A stretch of 38,319 nt of DNA from Thraustochytrium aureum (Eukaryota), in the NCBI GenBank assembly GCA_012862495.1, contig BLSG01000132.1, positions 219,322 to 257,640 of the forward strand. The letters are read 5' to 3'. How positions within the stretch are numbered: the stretch's first letter is position 1; the number at the start of each line of letters is the position of its first letter. Position numbers and translations under genes: made by a program. Under the pieces are notes generated by a model that did no database searches, had not been told where the DNA came from, and worked only from the letters and a program-made list of their open reading frames with translations. Below are positions 23,436-34,900 of the stretch, one piece after another.

Positions 23436-25499
23436 ATGCAATCGCCTTGCTGGATGAGATGGGCCCTGGCTGTCGCCCTGGCCGCAGCTGTTGCGGACNN
23501 NNNNNNNNNNNNNNNNNNNNNNNNNNNNNNNNNNNNNNNNNNNNNNNNNNNNNNNNNNNNNNNNNNNNNNNNNNNNNNNNNNNNNNNNNNNNNNNNNNNN
23601 NNNNNNNNNNNNNNNNNNNNNNNNNNNNNNNNNNNNNNNNNNNNNNNNNNNNNNNNNNNNNNNNNNNNNNNNNNNNNNNNNNNNNNNNNNNNNNNNNNNN
23701 NNNNNNNNNNNNNNNNNNNNNNNNNNNNNNNNNNNNNNNNNNNNNNNNNNNNNNNNNNNNNNNNNNNNNNNNNNNNNNNNNNNNNNNNNNNNNNNNNNNN
23801 NNNNNNNNNNNNNNNNNNNNNNNNNNNNNNNNNNNNNNNNNNNNNNNNNNNNNNNNNNNNNNNNNNNNNNNNNNNNNNNNNNNNNNNNNNNNNNNNNNNN
23901 NNNNNNNNNNNNNNNNNNNNNNNNNNNNNNNNNNNNNNNNNNNNNNNNNNNNNNNNNNNNNNNNNNNNNNNNNNNNNNNNNNNNNNNNNNNNNNNNNNNN
24001 NNNNNNNNNNNNNNNNNNNNNNNNNNNNNNNNNNNNNNNNNNNNNNNNNNNNNNNNNNNNNNNNNNNNNNNNNNNNNNNNNNNNNNNNNNNNNNNNNNNN
24101 NNNNNNNNNNNNNNNNNNNNNNNNNNNNNNNNNNNNNNNNNNNNNNNNNNNNNNNNNNNNNNNNNNNNNNNNNNNNNNNNNNNNNNNNNNNNNNNNNNNN
24201 NNNNNNNNNNNNNNNNNNNNNNNNNNNNNNNNNNNNNNNNNNNNNNNNNNNNNNNNNNNNNNNNNNNNNNNNNNNNNNNNNNNNNNNNNNNNNNNNNNNN
24301 NNNNNNNNNNNNNNNNNNNNNNNNNNNNNNNNNNNNNNNNNNNNNNNNNNNAGCAATGCGACCGCCACAGGCGTGATTGCTGCGCAGACCGGGCTTCGAA
24401 AGTCTGTGCACGACTTTCTAACTTTGAGCCACGCCGTCTCAAACCCACTCTTTGCAAACGCCGCTGGAGGGATACCAGACGCGTCGATGGTAGCCGGCGT
24501 GCTGCTGCACGCTGCGTTCACGGTGGGCGGCTTTCTCGAGGCCCAGCCGGCCGAATTCGCTTCTCGGATAACGCTGGAGACGTGACGATCCGCGATCTGA
24601 GCGTGAGCCCCGGCGAGACAGGTGCGCTGTTTGTTAGTGCTCCGGGCGCAGACGCTGCGGATCCCGCTGGCTACGCGAGTCCTCTTCACGTCCACGACTT
24701 TGTGGGCGCTGTCTTTGACGTTGATTTCTGCGTCGACGTCGCAGAGCCGCACCAGTACACGAGCAACGCGCTGGCGGACCTCCAGCTCGCAGTGGCCGCG
24801 TACGCACATGCTTGCATGGCGCCGGGCTCAGGGTGCTCGTCGGCTGCCGATCCTACGCAAGCCGAGCTTTTGGGCCGCAACAAGATTGGACCTGCGGTTG
24901 TTGACTGGGCGGCAGGTCGGTCCACGTGGAAAGAGCTTTTGGGATCAAACTACACGGTCAAGGGCAACCACGACGTCATGTTCCATCGCAACAAGGGCAT
25001 CATCGGCCTCAAGATGGACGGCCTCGCAGAGGTCACCGTGAAGAACGTGCGGATATTCAACATCGCCAACCGCGCGGGCCCCGAGCGCAGGTCCCGGCTT
25101 GCGCTCGCAAGCGACAACAGCTACGTCTACACTGGCTACGCGGCTCGCGGCGTGGCCATCTCCTCCAGCGTCAACGTCGACGCAACGCGGATCGGCCTCG
25201 CCGCCATTCACACTGCAGAGGTGACGCCCGCTTGCATTGACTTGCTCTACAAGTTTGACAACGTCACGACGGGCCTTGTCGTGCAGCGCGCCAGCGCTAC
25301 GGGCGAGTTCTTCCCCGCTCAAGCGGAGGGCTCGGGCGACGATGGGCAAGGCACTGCCGAGCGGTCCAACTCCACAGGAGCTATTGTTGGCGCAGTGATA
25401 GGGGGGCTTTGCGTCGGGTTCCTTCTTGCGTCTGGAGTCGTCATGTTGCGTGCCCGAAGTGCGCAGAATCAGCCGGCTTCTGCGCTTGTGCCAGGAAAG
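23436..25499 (+). CDS. Predicted type I membrane protein with parallel beta-helix (pectin-lyase-like) ectodomain; internal gap, frameshift near 24580
   Basis: Signal peptide MRWALAVALAAAVAD, beta-helix-like repeats (ITLExVTIRDL, GLKMDGLAEVTVKNVRIFNIAN, GVAISSSVNVDATRI), and a TM segment GAIVGAVIGGLCVGFLLASGVVML. Linkage across the 853-N gap is assumed. Confidence 0.6.
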
Positions 25500-26209
25500 N
25501 NNNNNNNNNNNNNNNNNNNNNNNNNNNNNNNNNNNNNNNNNNNNNNNNNNNNNNNNNNNNNNNNNNNNNNNNNNNNNNNNNNNNNNNNNNNNNNNNNNNN
25601 NNNNNNNNNNNNNNNNNNNNNNNNNNNNNNNNNNNNNNNNNNNNNNNNNNNNNNNNNNNNNNNNNNNNNNNNNNNNNNNNNNNNNNNNNNNNNNNNNNNN
25701 NNNNNNNNNNNNNNNNNNNNNNNNNNNNNNNNNNNNNNNNNNNNNNNNNNNNNNNNNNNNNNNNNNNNNNNNNNNNNNNNNNNNNNNNNNNNNNNNNNNN
25801 NNNNNNNNNNNNNNNNNNNNNNNNNNNNNNNNNNNNNNNNNNNNNNNNNNNNNNNNNNNNNNNNNNNNNNNNNNNNNNNNNNNNNNNNNNNNNNNNNNNN
25901 NNNNNNNNNNNNNNNNNNNNNNNNNNNNNNNNNNNNNNNNNNNNNNNNNNNNNNNNNNNNNNNNNNNNNNNNNNNNNNNNNNNNNNNNNNNNNNNNNNNN
26001 NNNNNNNNNNNNNNNNNNNNNNNNNNNNNNNNNNNNNNNNNNNNNNNNNNNNNNNNNNNNNNNNNNNNNNNNNNNNNNNNNNNNNNNNNNNNNNNNNNNN
26101 NNNNNNNNNNNNNNNNNNNNNNNNNNNNNNNNNNNNNNNNNNNNNNNNNNNNNNNNNNNNNNNNNNNNNNNNNNNNNNNNNNNNNNNNNNNNNNNNNNNN
26201 NNNNNNNNN

Positions 26210-27822
26210 AGCAGACCGGCAAGCCCGTCATCCTCTGCGGCGACCTCAACCTAACGGCTACAGGGGACGACGCGCACTTTCTGCGCAACCGCGTCCGCGT
26301 CGACGAGCTCTTGGAGGGCCGCCGGCCGTGCGCCTGCGGGAAGGCGACCACGGCGAGGTGCTGCGGCATCAAGGACGAACTGGCCGAGGGTTGGCCCGCG
26401 ATCCTCGCTGCGCTAAAGTCTCGCACCACGCAGGTGGAGCGAACGACCAGCTCGGCAACCGGCGAGCAGCGCGAACGCCATCGGCTCGTACTACAAGTTC
26501 CTGTGGTGGACGCCGTGACTGGCGAGCCGCGCACGCAGCCGATCAAGGTTGGCAAGCTGCAGGACTCGCCGGAGGACTGCATGTACATGTTTGACGTCGC
26601 TCAGAGCGACTGGTTTGACCCTGAGCTCGGCCACGACGTGCTGGCGCACCCTGCCAACGCGCTTGGGGTTGGCGAGCTGGCCGAGCTGCTCAAAGCGGTT
26701 GCCAACATCGAGTGGAACGGCCGCGTGCTGCGCGCGTTGGCGCACGCAACTGGCGAGTCGCCCAACTGCAACCCGATTCAAGATCTCTTCAGAGGCGGGC
26801 TTCTTGGCCAGGACGGCATGGTCGACACGTTTCGCGAGCTCTACCCGGAGGCGCGCTTCCGCTTCACATGCTGGAACCAGTACACGAATGGGCGGTACTC
26901 GAACCACGGCGCGCGGATCGACTATTTTGTGGTGGACGCCGCGCTCGTCGACGCGTTTTCGAATGTGCCGTCCGAGGCGCGCCAGCTGCGCTGCGGTTGC
27001 AGCAAGCCGGAGTCACACTACACGCCATTCGGCGAGCGGGCCGCAAAGTGCGCCGCCACCGCTGGCGGCCGTTTCCAAGGTGCCGCCTTTAGCGGCGGCG
27101 GACTCGTCGATGCCCCGCGCTCGGCGATCGAGGCGCAGTTCGGCAACCCGCACACCGGAATCGTCTACACGCCGCCAAAGTACAGCGACCACGTCGCGGT
27201 GTCGCTCGTGCTGGCGGACGAGGAGCTCGAACGGATCGCGCAGCGCGGCCTAAGATCCTGCACCTTGCAGTCGGCGGACAAACAGACCAGGTTGGCCCAG
27301 CCTCACAAGCGGCAGCCATCCATCAAGAACTTTTTCGCCGGCCGCGCGCAGCGCGCAAGCAAGCCGAAGGGCCTGCGCCAGAGCCTTCGCAACGTGCTTG
27401 TCCAAGACCAGCTCGCGGCGCCGGAAGCGACCAAGCATCGGCTCCAGCACCGGCGCTGGCAGCGCAGAGCCAGTGGGAGCCGAGGCTGTGTGAGCGCTGA
27501 TGAGCCAGCTCGCAGCTGTAGCCTGACCGATCGAGCTAGCGAGCCGGCGGATGTTGTTGACGTGGACGCTCTCCCGACAGTCGTGCCGGCGCCGCGGCCA
27601 CAACTCAAGCGCGCCGCTTCAGCAAAACCAAGCAAAGTACCATCCAAACGCTTGGCAGCGGGTGCTCGCGGGGTCAAGTCCATCACGGAATTTTTCGGTC
27701 GAAGCAAGCCTGGCCCCAAAACCCTGAGCGTGGTTTGCTCCAGATGCACTTTCCAGTCCACAACGCCTTCGGAGGCGTGCCAGATGTGCGGCTGTGCGCG
27801 AGATCCGGCTGCGGCCCCATGA
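26210..27822 (+). CDS. ExoIII/EEP-family AP endonuclease, APE2-like (5' part in gap)
   Basis: KPVILCGDLN, GMVDTFRELYP...FTCWNQYTNGRYSNHGARIDYF and SDHVAVSL; PIP box QPSIKNFF; C-terminal CxxC...CxxC finger. Confidence 0.88.
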
Positions 27823-28210
27823 CGACGACGCAGAGCTCGGCTGCACAAAGTGCGTCTGGCCGCCGCGTGCGCGACCACATGGACAGACGAGCACCACACC
27901 AGAGGCCGACAAAAGGCTGCTGGTACGTTCTCTTCTTGGTCGCCTTGCAAACTCAGCTCACAGCCGAAAGCCCCGTCGATGAGGCGCGCCTCGTCGAATG
28001 GATAGTGCGGACCCGGTTCGCTTCTGGCTTGGGCTTGGTTGAATGCATCTTGACAGACGCACATCGGAGCGCCTTCTCGCAGACGGCGTGGCGATGGAGC
28101 GTGGGACGCTGCAAGCCGCTGCAAAGTAGTTGTGTTCCCTTGCTGCCGCGACAATGCAGAGCAGAAGGGGGAGCGCCTGCGTGGGACTTCGCGATATCGA
28201 TCCACTAGTC

Positions 28211-28330
28211 GATGCAGAGAGCGGCGCTGCGACGAGGCAAACGTTGCAAGGTGGCAGCAAGAGCAAAACTAATGCAGAGAGCGGCGCTGCGACGGGGCAA
28301 ACGTTCAAGGTGGCAGCAAGAGCAAAAACT
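28211..28330 (+). repeat. Tandem duplication of ~60 bp
   Basis: ATGCAGAGAGCGGCGCTGCGACG(A/G)GGCAAACGTT(G)CAAGGTGGCAGCAAGAGCAAAACT occurs twice. Confidence 0.9.
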
Positions 28331-29130
28331 AGCAAAGACGAGCTGGCAGCAAATTTGTTTCTACTCTACTGCTGCTCTGTGGCCACGCTTGGCACATTCG
28401 GCTCTCGGCCTCTACGGGCGGCGTCACCTCGACGGTTCTTGATCAAGCAGCAGCGCCTTGTGAACTAGCCCAACCTTGTCGGCGCCGTATTGATTTCCTC
28501 AGTCATCGCGCCTCCCCTCGTCGCAGCGACCTCGTCAAGCGCGCTCAAGCCAGGCGCACCTGGGTCGTCAGCTGAGCCGGTGACCCTGTGACCAAACAGC
28601 AAGACGAGATAGACCAAAGCTGGGCCTGTTTCGAGCTGCGCTTGCTGACCAGGCTGGGCTCGCGCTCGCTGAGCAAGCTTTCATCCACAACAATCATCAT
28701 GACCAACCTGGCCGCAGGGCCCCAGAGGACGGCCACCACGACGCGGTTCACTGTCTTGTCCGGCCCGAGCCCGGCATTGACCGCCACCAACAGCACTCGC
28801 AAGAGCTTCTGACGCAGGCGCCTTCGAGGGCCGGCTCGGGAGCCCGGCGAACTGCATTTGATCGTTCTGTTCCTCCGCGGCCTCCGGTACTCCGAAGACG
28901 CCAAAACGCCCGGAGAAAACGACCTCCAGCAGCCAAGCGCGCAGAGTCGAGCGGCAGAAGCGGGTCGGCGAGCGCTGCGGGAGAGCACGCGGGCAGGGCG
29001 CGGACGGCCGATAGGCAGGGCTTGATCTAGCGGTTGCGGCGGCGGTTTGCGTTTTTATTGCGGCGGAATTGGCGGATTTTCGGGCGGGTTTGCGCGGATT
29101 GTGGGACGGAAGGCGTCGTGGACTGGCAAG

Positions 29131-29624
29131 ATGAACGAAGCGCAGCGCAAGCTCGCGGAGATCCAGCAGGAGCTGGGCGGGAAGGAGATCACGCAAGAGA
29201 ACATGCAGCAGCTGGAGGCGCAAAAGCGGCAGCAGGCGGAAATGCGGCAAGAGTTTCTGGGCCGGATATGCACCCCGGAGGCCGTCGAGCGGTGTAAGTT
29301 GTCTGCTGTTCGCTGCGGATTGTTACGAGCTGCTCTGCTCGAGGATGGGCGGTCCTGCCTGGGGCGAGGTGGCGCTGACGGTCAGGCGCTTGGATGGTAG
29401 TGCGCCGGGTTGCGATGGTCAAGCCCCAGGTCACAGCGCAGGTCGAAGCGACGCTGATTGGGATGGCCCAGTCGGGCCAGCTGCAGGCGCGCGTGGACGA
29501 GGACCGCGTCAAAGAGATGCTGGAGAGCGCAACGAACTCGGCACAGTCGAGTAAAGTGACAATCCAGCGCAAAGCGTACTTTGACGACGACGACTCTGAC
29601 GACAATGACGACGACCTGCTCTGA
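29131..29624 (+). CDS. PDCD5: Programmed cell death protein 5 homolog; exons 29131-29293 and 29401-29624
   Basis: Spliced product reads ...EMRQEFLGRICTPEAVERLRRVAMVKPQVTAQVEATLIGMAQSGQLQARVDEDRVKEMLE...KVTIQRKAYFDDDDSD, the typical PDCD5 pattern. Confidence 0.93.
29294..29400 (+). other. Spliceosomal intron (107 nt) in PDCD5
   Basis: GTAAGT donor, GCTGAC branch-like site near 29375 and TAG acceptor. Removal restores the conserved ERLRRVAMVKP. Confidence 0.9.
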
Positions 29625-30048
29625 GCAGGCGCTCGCTCTCTCCAGCTCTAGCTCAGAGAGAGAGANNNNNNNNNNNNNNNNNNNNNNNNNNNNNNNNNNN
29701 NNNNNNNNNNNNNNNNNNNNNNNNNNNNNNNNNNNNNNNNNNNNNNNNNNNNNNNNNNNNNNNNNNNNNNNNNNNNNNNNNNNNNNNNNNNNNNNNNNNN
29801 NNNNNNNNNNNNNNNNNNNNNNNNNNNNNNNNNNNNNNNNNNNNNNNNNNNNNNNNNNNNNNNNNNNNNNNNNNNNNNNNNNNNNNNNNNNNNNNNNNNN
29901 NNNNNNNNCGCTGGTGCTTTCCCTTTTCTCTCTAGTAGCTAGCTAGCAAGAACGAGCAGCAGAGGAACTAGACCGAAAACCCGTTCACAAGCGTTGGCTC
30001 GCGCTCCCCTACTTGACCGACGGCGCTTGGCGCGCATCGCGAGCCCCG

Positions 30049-31305
30049 CTACTCGAAGGCGCCGTCAGCGTCCTCCAAGCTGGCAACCTCGCGCGACAGG
30101 CTCGCCCAGCTGCGGCGTCCCTTGCCAGACGCGGCCCAGCTCGGCAGCGCTGCGCGCTCCTCCTCGTCAGTCGCCTCTTTCTCCTCCGCCGGCCCTCTGC
30201 TGGACCTCCATGACCCGGAGCGAGCCAAACGAGCTCGTGGACAGCCGACGCACCAGGGCCTGCGAGGCCTCCTCGGCCTTTGCGCGCGCGACCTGCACAA
30301 GCTCCAGCCATCGCTCATACGCGGGCGAGGCGACAGACCGAAACTGCGATGCATGCGCTCCGGCGCTTTTCCTGGTCTGCTCGAGCAGCTCGCGAAGCGA
30401 GCCAGAGCGGTGCCTTTCGCTTTCGCTGCGCAGGAACGAGACGATCTCGCCGCGGTCGATGGCTCCTTGAAGCTCCTTTCGGCGCGCTCGCGCCTTTGCG
30501 AGTTGGGCCCGCTTGTTGTACCACCAGCGACGGCCCATCGTCTTGGCCTCTATCTGCGTTTGCAGCCTGAACGCTGGGTAGAGCAGGAACGGGTACTGCT
30601 TGTTGATCAGGCGGAACTCGTCGAGGTGATGCGGCCGTTCTCGTCGCGGTCAAACCGGCTCAGGATAATGTCGATGTTGACCGCGCGGTCGCCCTGCCCG
30701 CCGTGCAGCATCTCGACCAGCTGGTTGAGTTCTGCGTGGTCCAGGTAGCCGTTCTTGTTGGTGTCGAGCGCGAAAAAGCAAAACCGCAGCACCTCGTCGC
30801 GCCCAAACAGCGCAAATGTCGTCAGCGCCTTGACGAACTCGCAAAAGTTCAGCCGCCCCCTGCGCTTGACCTGAACCAGTTCGAAAATATTGTTGGAGAA
30901 CACGGTGAATCTCTCGTCGAGCCAGGCAAACAGCTCGACGCGGTCCACAGTGAGCGAGTTGTCCTTGTCCAGCCGCTTGAAGAGCCGTGCGAAGCGCTGC
31001 ATATGCCTGTCCTCAAACCCAAAGTTCTCGCGCACGGCTTCAAGCTCCTCGGGTTCGAAAAGCGCGTCAGGATGCGGCTCGTGCTCGGCAGGGGCCTTTT
31101 TCTGCTCCTCGTCTGCAGCGGAGCTCGCGCTCACGTCGGAGAATGAAGCAGAAGACATGTCGTCGTCCCCGTCGCAGGCGCTGGAGTGAACGCTTCCGTC
31201 GCTGCCCTGCTCCCACCGCTCGGCAGCATCCTCCTTTTCGTCCCCCGCGTCGCTTGCCTCGCCCTTCGCCTCCTCCTTGTCCTCATCAGGCTCGATCTGC
31301 GACAT
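30049..31305 (-). CDS. Calcineurin-B-like EF-hand calcium-binding protein with C-terminal extension (frameshift near 30622, probably another near 30190)
   Basis: EF loops DKDNSLTVDRVE, DTNKNGYLDHAE and DRDENGRIT(F)DEF. After the shift it reads INKQYPFLLYPAFRLQTQIEAKTMGRRWW. Acidic N-terminus. The stop is at 30167 or 30049 depending on the second shift. Confidence 0.82.
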
Positions 31306-32281
31306 CGCAGCAGCGCAGCCCAATGCAATCTCCCGTCTCCGCCTTCCGACGCAGCGTCCACGGAGGCACCCCTCACCGCCCGCCGATGGCACCGACGACG
31401 AGGACTGTCGCCGTCGTTCGTCGAGCGCGGCCGCCGCCGCCGCCGCCAGGCATCCAACTGCACGACGTCCAGGCCGGCAAACAACCGCGCAAATCTCCTG
31501 CACAATACCCCGGAGCTATCCTGACGCACGCGACAGCACCCAGCCAACGCCTCGCCGCGCTCCATCCTCGCCAAGACGGCCGCCTCGTCGCCCTCGCACA
31601 TCACNNNNNNNNNNNNNNNNNNNNNNNNNNNNNNNNNNNNNNNNNNNNNNNNNNNNNNNNNNNNNNNNNNNNNNNNNNNNNNNNNNNNNNNNNNNNNNNN
31701 NNNNNNNNNNNNNNNNNNNNNNNNNNNNNNNNNNNNNNNNNNNNNNNNNNNNNNNNNNNNNNNNNNNNNNNNNNNNNNNNNNNNNNNNNNNNNNNNNNNN
31801 NNNNNNNNNNNNNNNNNNNNNNNNNNNNNNNNNNNNNNNNNNGGATGGGTAAGGAGGATCGGAGGATCTTCTGGCAGGGCTGCTTGCTTGCCTCCAGGAG
31901 CAGAGCAGAGCAGGCAGACCCGCATCGCGCTGGTGGACGGGCAACCCCGTTTGCAGCGCCGCGCCGCGTGCCGAAGGGCTGCGCCAAGCTCGAGGTTGGC
32001 CCGGGGCCCCTGTCGCGGCTTGCGGCTTGCGTGGTTGGCCTGGCCTTGCAACTCGAAGCTCGCTCCGGGACGCGTACCTTGACGCAATAGAGGCGCCGAC
32101 CCTCTTGAGCTCTCGAGCACCTTGCGCGGGCAGCGTCTACGTAGACAGTGCGCTTGGCGGTTGTTGGCGGCCTGGTTGCGCGGCCCACGAAGAGCTCGGC
32201 GCCGCGGTTGCGCTGCTGCGGTCGATTGCTCGAGCGGGTCGTTGGGGAAGCTGTGGTCTGGGGTGCGAGCTGGCGACGAAG

Positions 32282-32629
32282 ATGAGGGCCATGGTCGCCG
32301 TTGGGGCCTGTGCGGCGCTGAGCATGGGGCTGCTGGTGATGGGGTGCGCGGTTGGAGGCGCGTGGTGGCCGATGTTTAATGTTTTCTTCTTTGGGCTTGC
32401 ACTGCTGCCGATGGCGTTTGGGTCGCACGAATCGACCGGGGCGTGGGGCGCCCTGGGGGATTTCGTGGAGGCTGTCTTTGGGCTGAGCGCGTTCGCCTTT
32501 CCGGCGGTGCTGCTGCGCGTGGACGAAGGGTCGGGCATGGGACTTTTTCTGTGCTATTTGAGCAACCTCTTTGCGGGCGCTACGTTCTTCTTGCTGTACA
32601 GGATTTCGCAGGAGACGTCTGTGTGGTGA
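32282..32629 (+). CDS. VPS55: Vacuolar protein sorting 55 / OB-RGRP family membrane protein
   Basis: 115 aa with four hydrophobic segments, LLVMGCAVGGAWWPMF...LALLP and SAFAFPAVL. Confidence 0.85.
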   Translation: MRAMVAVGACAALSMGLLVMGCAVGGAWWPMFNVFFFGLALLPMAFGSHESTGAWGALGDFVEAVFGLSAFAFPAVLLRVDEGSGMGLFLCYLSNLFAGATFFLLYRISQETSVW

Positions 32630-32850
32630 GAAGGATACGACACAGGCGCCGCGGGGCGACGGGCGCCCTTGCTTTCGCCAAGCACTGCTGCCGCGCCTCG
32701 TTGGGGCGTTTTATATTTTACAAGTCGAAGACTAGCCAGCGCTTTGGAGCGCGGCCTCTCATCGTTGTTGTTTTTTTTGTTTTTGAAGGAAGCGCAAAAA
32801 ACGAAACACACAGTTCGACACAGCTTTGAGGAGAGTCCGGGCTCTGTGAG

Positions 32851-33828
32851 CTAGCTCGACATCGAGTTGAACACGATCGCGGTCTCTGTCTTGGAAAACT
32901 CATCCTGGATGTCCTCTGGCGTCATCGCCTTGAACTCGTCGTCTAATGCACGCAACTCCTCAACGGACGCAGCCCCCTTGCTCTGCAGACGATACAGAAC
33001 AAACTCGAGTTTGGTCAGCACGTTGATGAGCTCCTGCTTGGAGTACTTTTCGATAATCTCGGTATCCGGCACGTTGACCAAGCGCAGCGACCCAACTCGA
33101 GCAGAGAGGTGGCGCTGGATCACGCTGGTGCGCTCTTCGCGCTGCCGGCGCCACGCGCGCTTGCGCGACTCGAGCATGACGTCCATGAGCGAGCCGATTG
33201 CACGAAAAAGCGTCAGCGTGCCGAGCCCAATCCAGAAAATGGCAAACACGCGCCCCTGGTCTGTGTTGGGCGTCAGGTCACCATACCCGACTGTCGTGAG
33301 CGTCGTCACAGAGAAATAGATGGCATCCACGACAGTGAAATCTTCGTGCAGAACGTAAAACAGTGTGCTTGCGAGCATGACACACAGCACGAGCCCGACA
33401 GACAGGAAGAGCTTCTTGCGCGGGGTTGTCAAGAAGCGCTCATCGTCGGCCTCGTCCTCCTCCTCGATCTCGCCGATGTCGATCTGGAACAAAAAGTCTG
33501 TCACTTCAAGCATGACGCCAACCAACACCAAGGAGAGCACAATGTACGCAGACAGGAACAGCTTGGTGCGGTCGTTCGTGGGCACGATGTCACCAAACCC
33601 CACCGTGGTGATCGTCACCGTCATGAAGTACGTCGCGTCAAGGAACGTGGTTGTAAACTCCTGGGTCGTGCCCTGGCTGCCGGACTCGGGGTTCAGGTAC
33701 AAGAACGCGGCGGCGCCAACTAGCACATACAGCACGACGGCCACGAGCAGCCCACACGAGATCTTGCAGTGCGACCACCCATTATTCGTCTGGTTCGAGT
33801 ACGACGTTTTCATAAACACAAACACCAT
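32851..33828 (-). CDS. Two-pore-domain potassium channel (TPK/K2P)
   Basis: Two pore loops, FLDATYFMTVTITTVGFGDIVP and VVDAIYFSVTTLTTVGYGDLTP, with 4 TM segments. Confidence 0.95.
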   Translation of the reverse strand: MVFVFMKTSYSNQTNNGWSHCKISCGLLVAVVLYVLVGAAAFLYLNPESGSQGTTQEFTTTFLDATYFMTVTITTVGFGDIVPTNDRTKLFLSAYIVLSLVLVGVMLEVTDFLFQIDIGEIEEEDEADDERFLTTPRKKLFLSVGLVLCVMLASTLFYVLHEDFTVVDAIYFSVTTLTTVGYGDLTPNTDQGRVFAIFWIGLGTLTLFRAIGSLMDVMLESRKRAWRRQREERTSVIQRHLSARVGSLRLVNVPDTEIIEKYSKQELINVLTKLEFVLYRLQSKGAASVEELRALDDEFKAMTPEDIQDEFSKTETAIVFNSMSS

Positions 33829-33936
33829 CTTCCTCGCCAACGAGCGCGCCTCGCGCCTCGCCCCACCTGCCAGACACCTGGCGCGCCTCTCGCAAAAAAC
33901 CGCAGTTGCGTCGCCGACGGACCACCACGCTCCTGC

Positions 33937-34000
33937 AGCTCCAGCTCCAGCCCCAGCCCCAGCTCCAGCCCCAGCTCAGCCAGCTCCAGCGCAGCCAGCC
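33937..34000 (+). repeat. Hexamer microsatellite (CCAGCY)n
   Basis: Run of CCAGCT/CCAGCC upstream of the K+ channel start. Confidence 0.8.
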
Positions 34001-34629
34001 CGCGTTCGAGCAGCGCTTTCGGGTCTGGCTTGCCCTGCAAACATGCTCTCGTCGCCCACCGTCGTCAAGCAATCGCGCTCGCCTGGAGGCACACGGTGTC
34101 CAGCACCACCTCATTCATACCAAAACAAAACAAAACATAAGTGAGTACATAACACAAAAAACGTCTTTCTTTCGTGGGGTGCACCCTCCCTCCTCTGTCC
34201 CTCTACACCGCGACTCTTGAACGACTCTTGAGCGACTCTTGAGCGCGATACCGTGCACCGCTGTGCTGCGATCGGCCGGTACTCGCGCAGGCCTCACATC
34301 AACGGCGCAGCCTCACGAGACTGGACGCAGTTTGGCCAGGTTCATGTGAGGCTCTTGGCGCCTGCGGCAGGGGGGGGGCGGATAAGGAATTGTTCGGTTG
34401 TTTCGGGGTGTCGGGGCTGCGTGAGATGTGCTTCGCGTGGCAGCGTGGAGACGCCGAATTGCCGCCGAATTGACGCCGAATTGACGCCGGCGGACGAAAC
34501 TGCGTCCAGTGCCAGTGCCCCTGGCCGAGAGCCAGCAACTGAGTTGAACGATGCACTGTCTGGTGTTGGTCTGGTGGTAGAGTACTCTGGTACTTACCTA
34601 CCCTGCAGCATGGATGCATGGACGAGCAA

Positions 34630-34735
34630 CCGCGCTCGCCGCCGCCTCGATTTTGGAAGAGCAGCAACAGAGTTGGACGATGTTCTGGTGGTACGCAACC
34701 ACGCTCGCCGCCGCCTCGATTTTGGAGAGCAGCGA
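34630..34735 (+). repeat. Short direct repeat spaced about 70 bp apart
   Basis: CGCTCGCCGCCGCCTCGATTTTGGA(A)GAGCAGC occurs twice. Confidence 0.8.
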
Positions 34736-34900
34736 GCAAGGCAGGGCGAACGAGCACATCACTTCCAAACTCACCAGAACGAGTCGACCTGCTGATGATG
34801 CCGCCGACGATGAGTAGAGTCGGACGCCGCCTACGCGCGAGCCACTCGTGCAGGGTCCTCTCGCGCGGAAGCCAAGGCTCATGCCTCGCCACAGGCGGGC

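Noticed and set aside
23436..27822. Long ORF-track entries joining the beta-helix gene and the APE2-like gene
   Set aside because: Artefact of translating through N gaps.
27850..28990. Possible minus-strand gene between APE2 and PDCD5
   Set aside because: Only short broken frames with no recognisable motif, so no call is supported.
470..30625. Programmed ribosomal frameshifting or mass pseudogenisation
   Set aside because: No shared slippery motif, shifts go in both directions, and protein motifs are preserved on both sides. Draft-sequence error is simpler.
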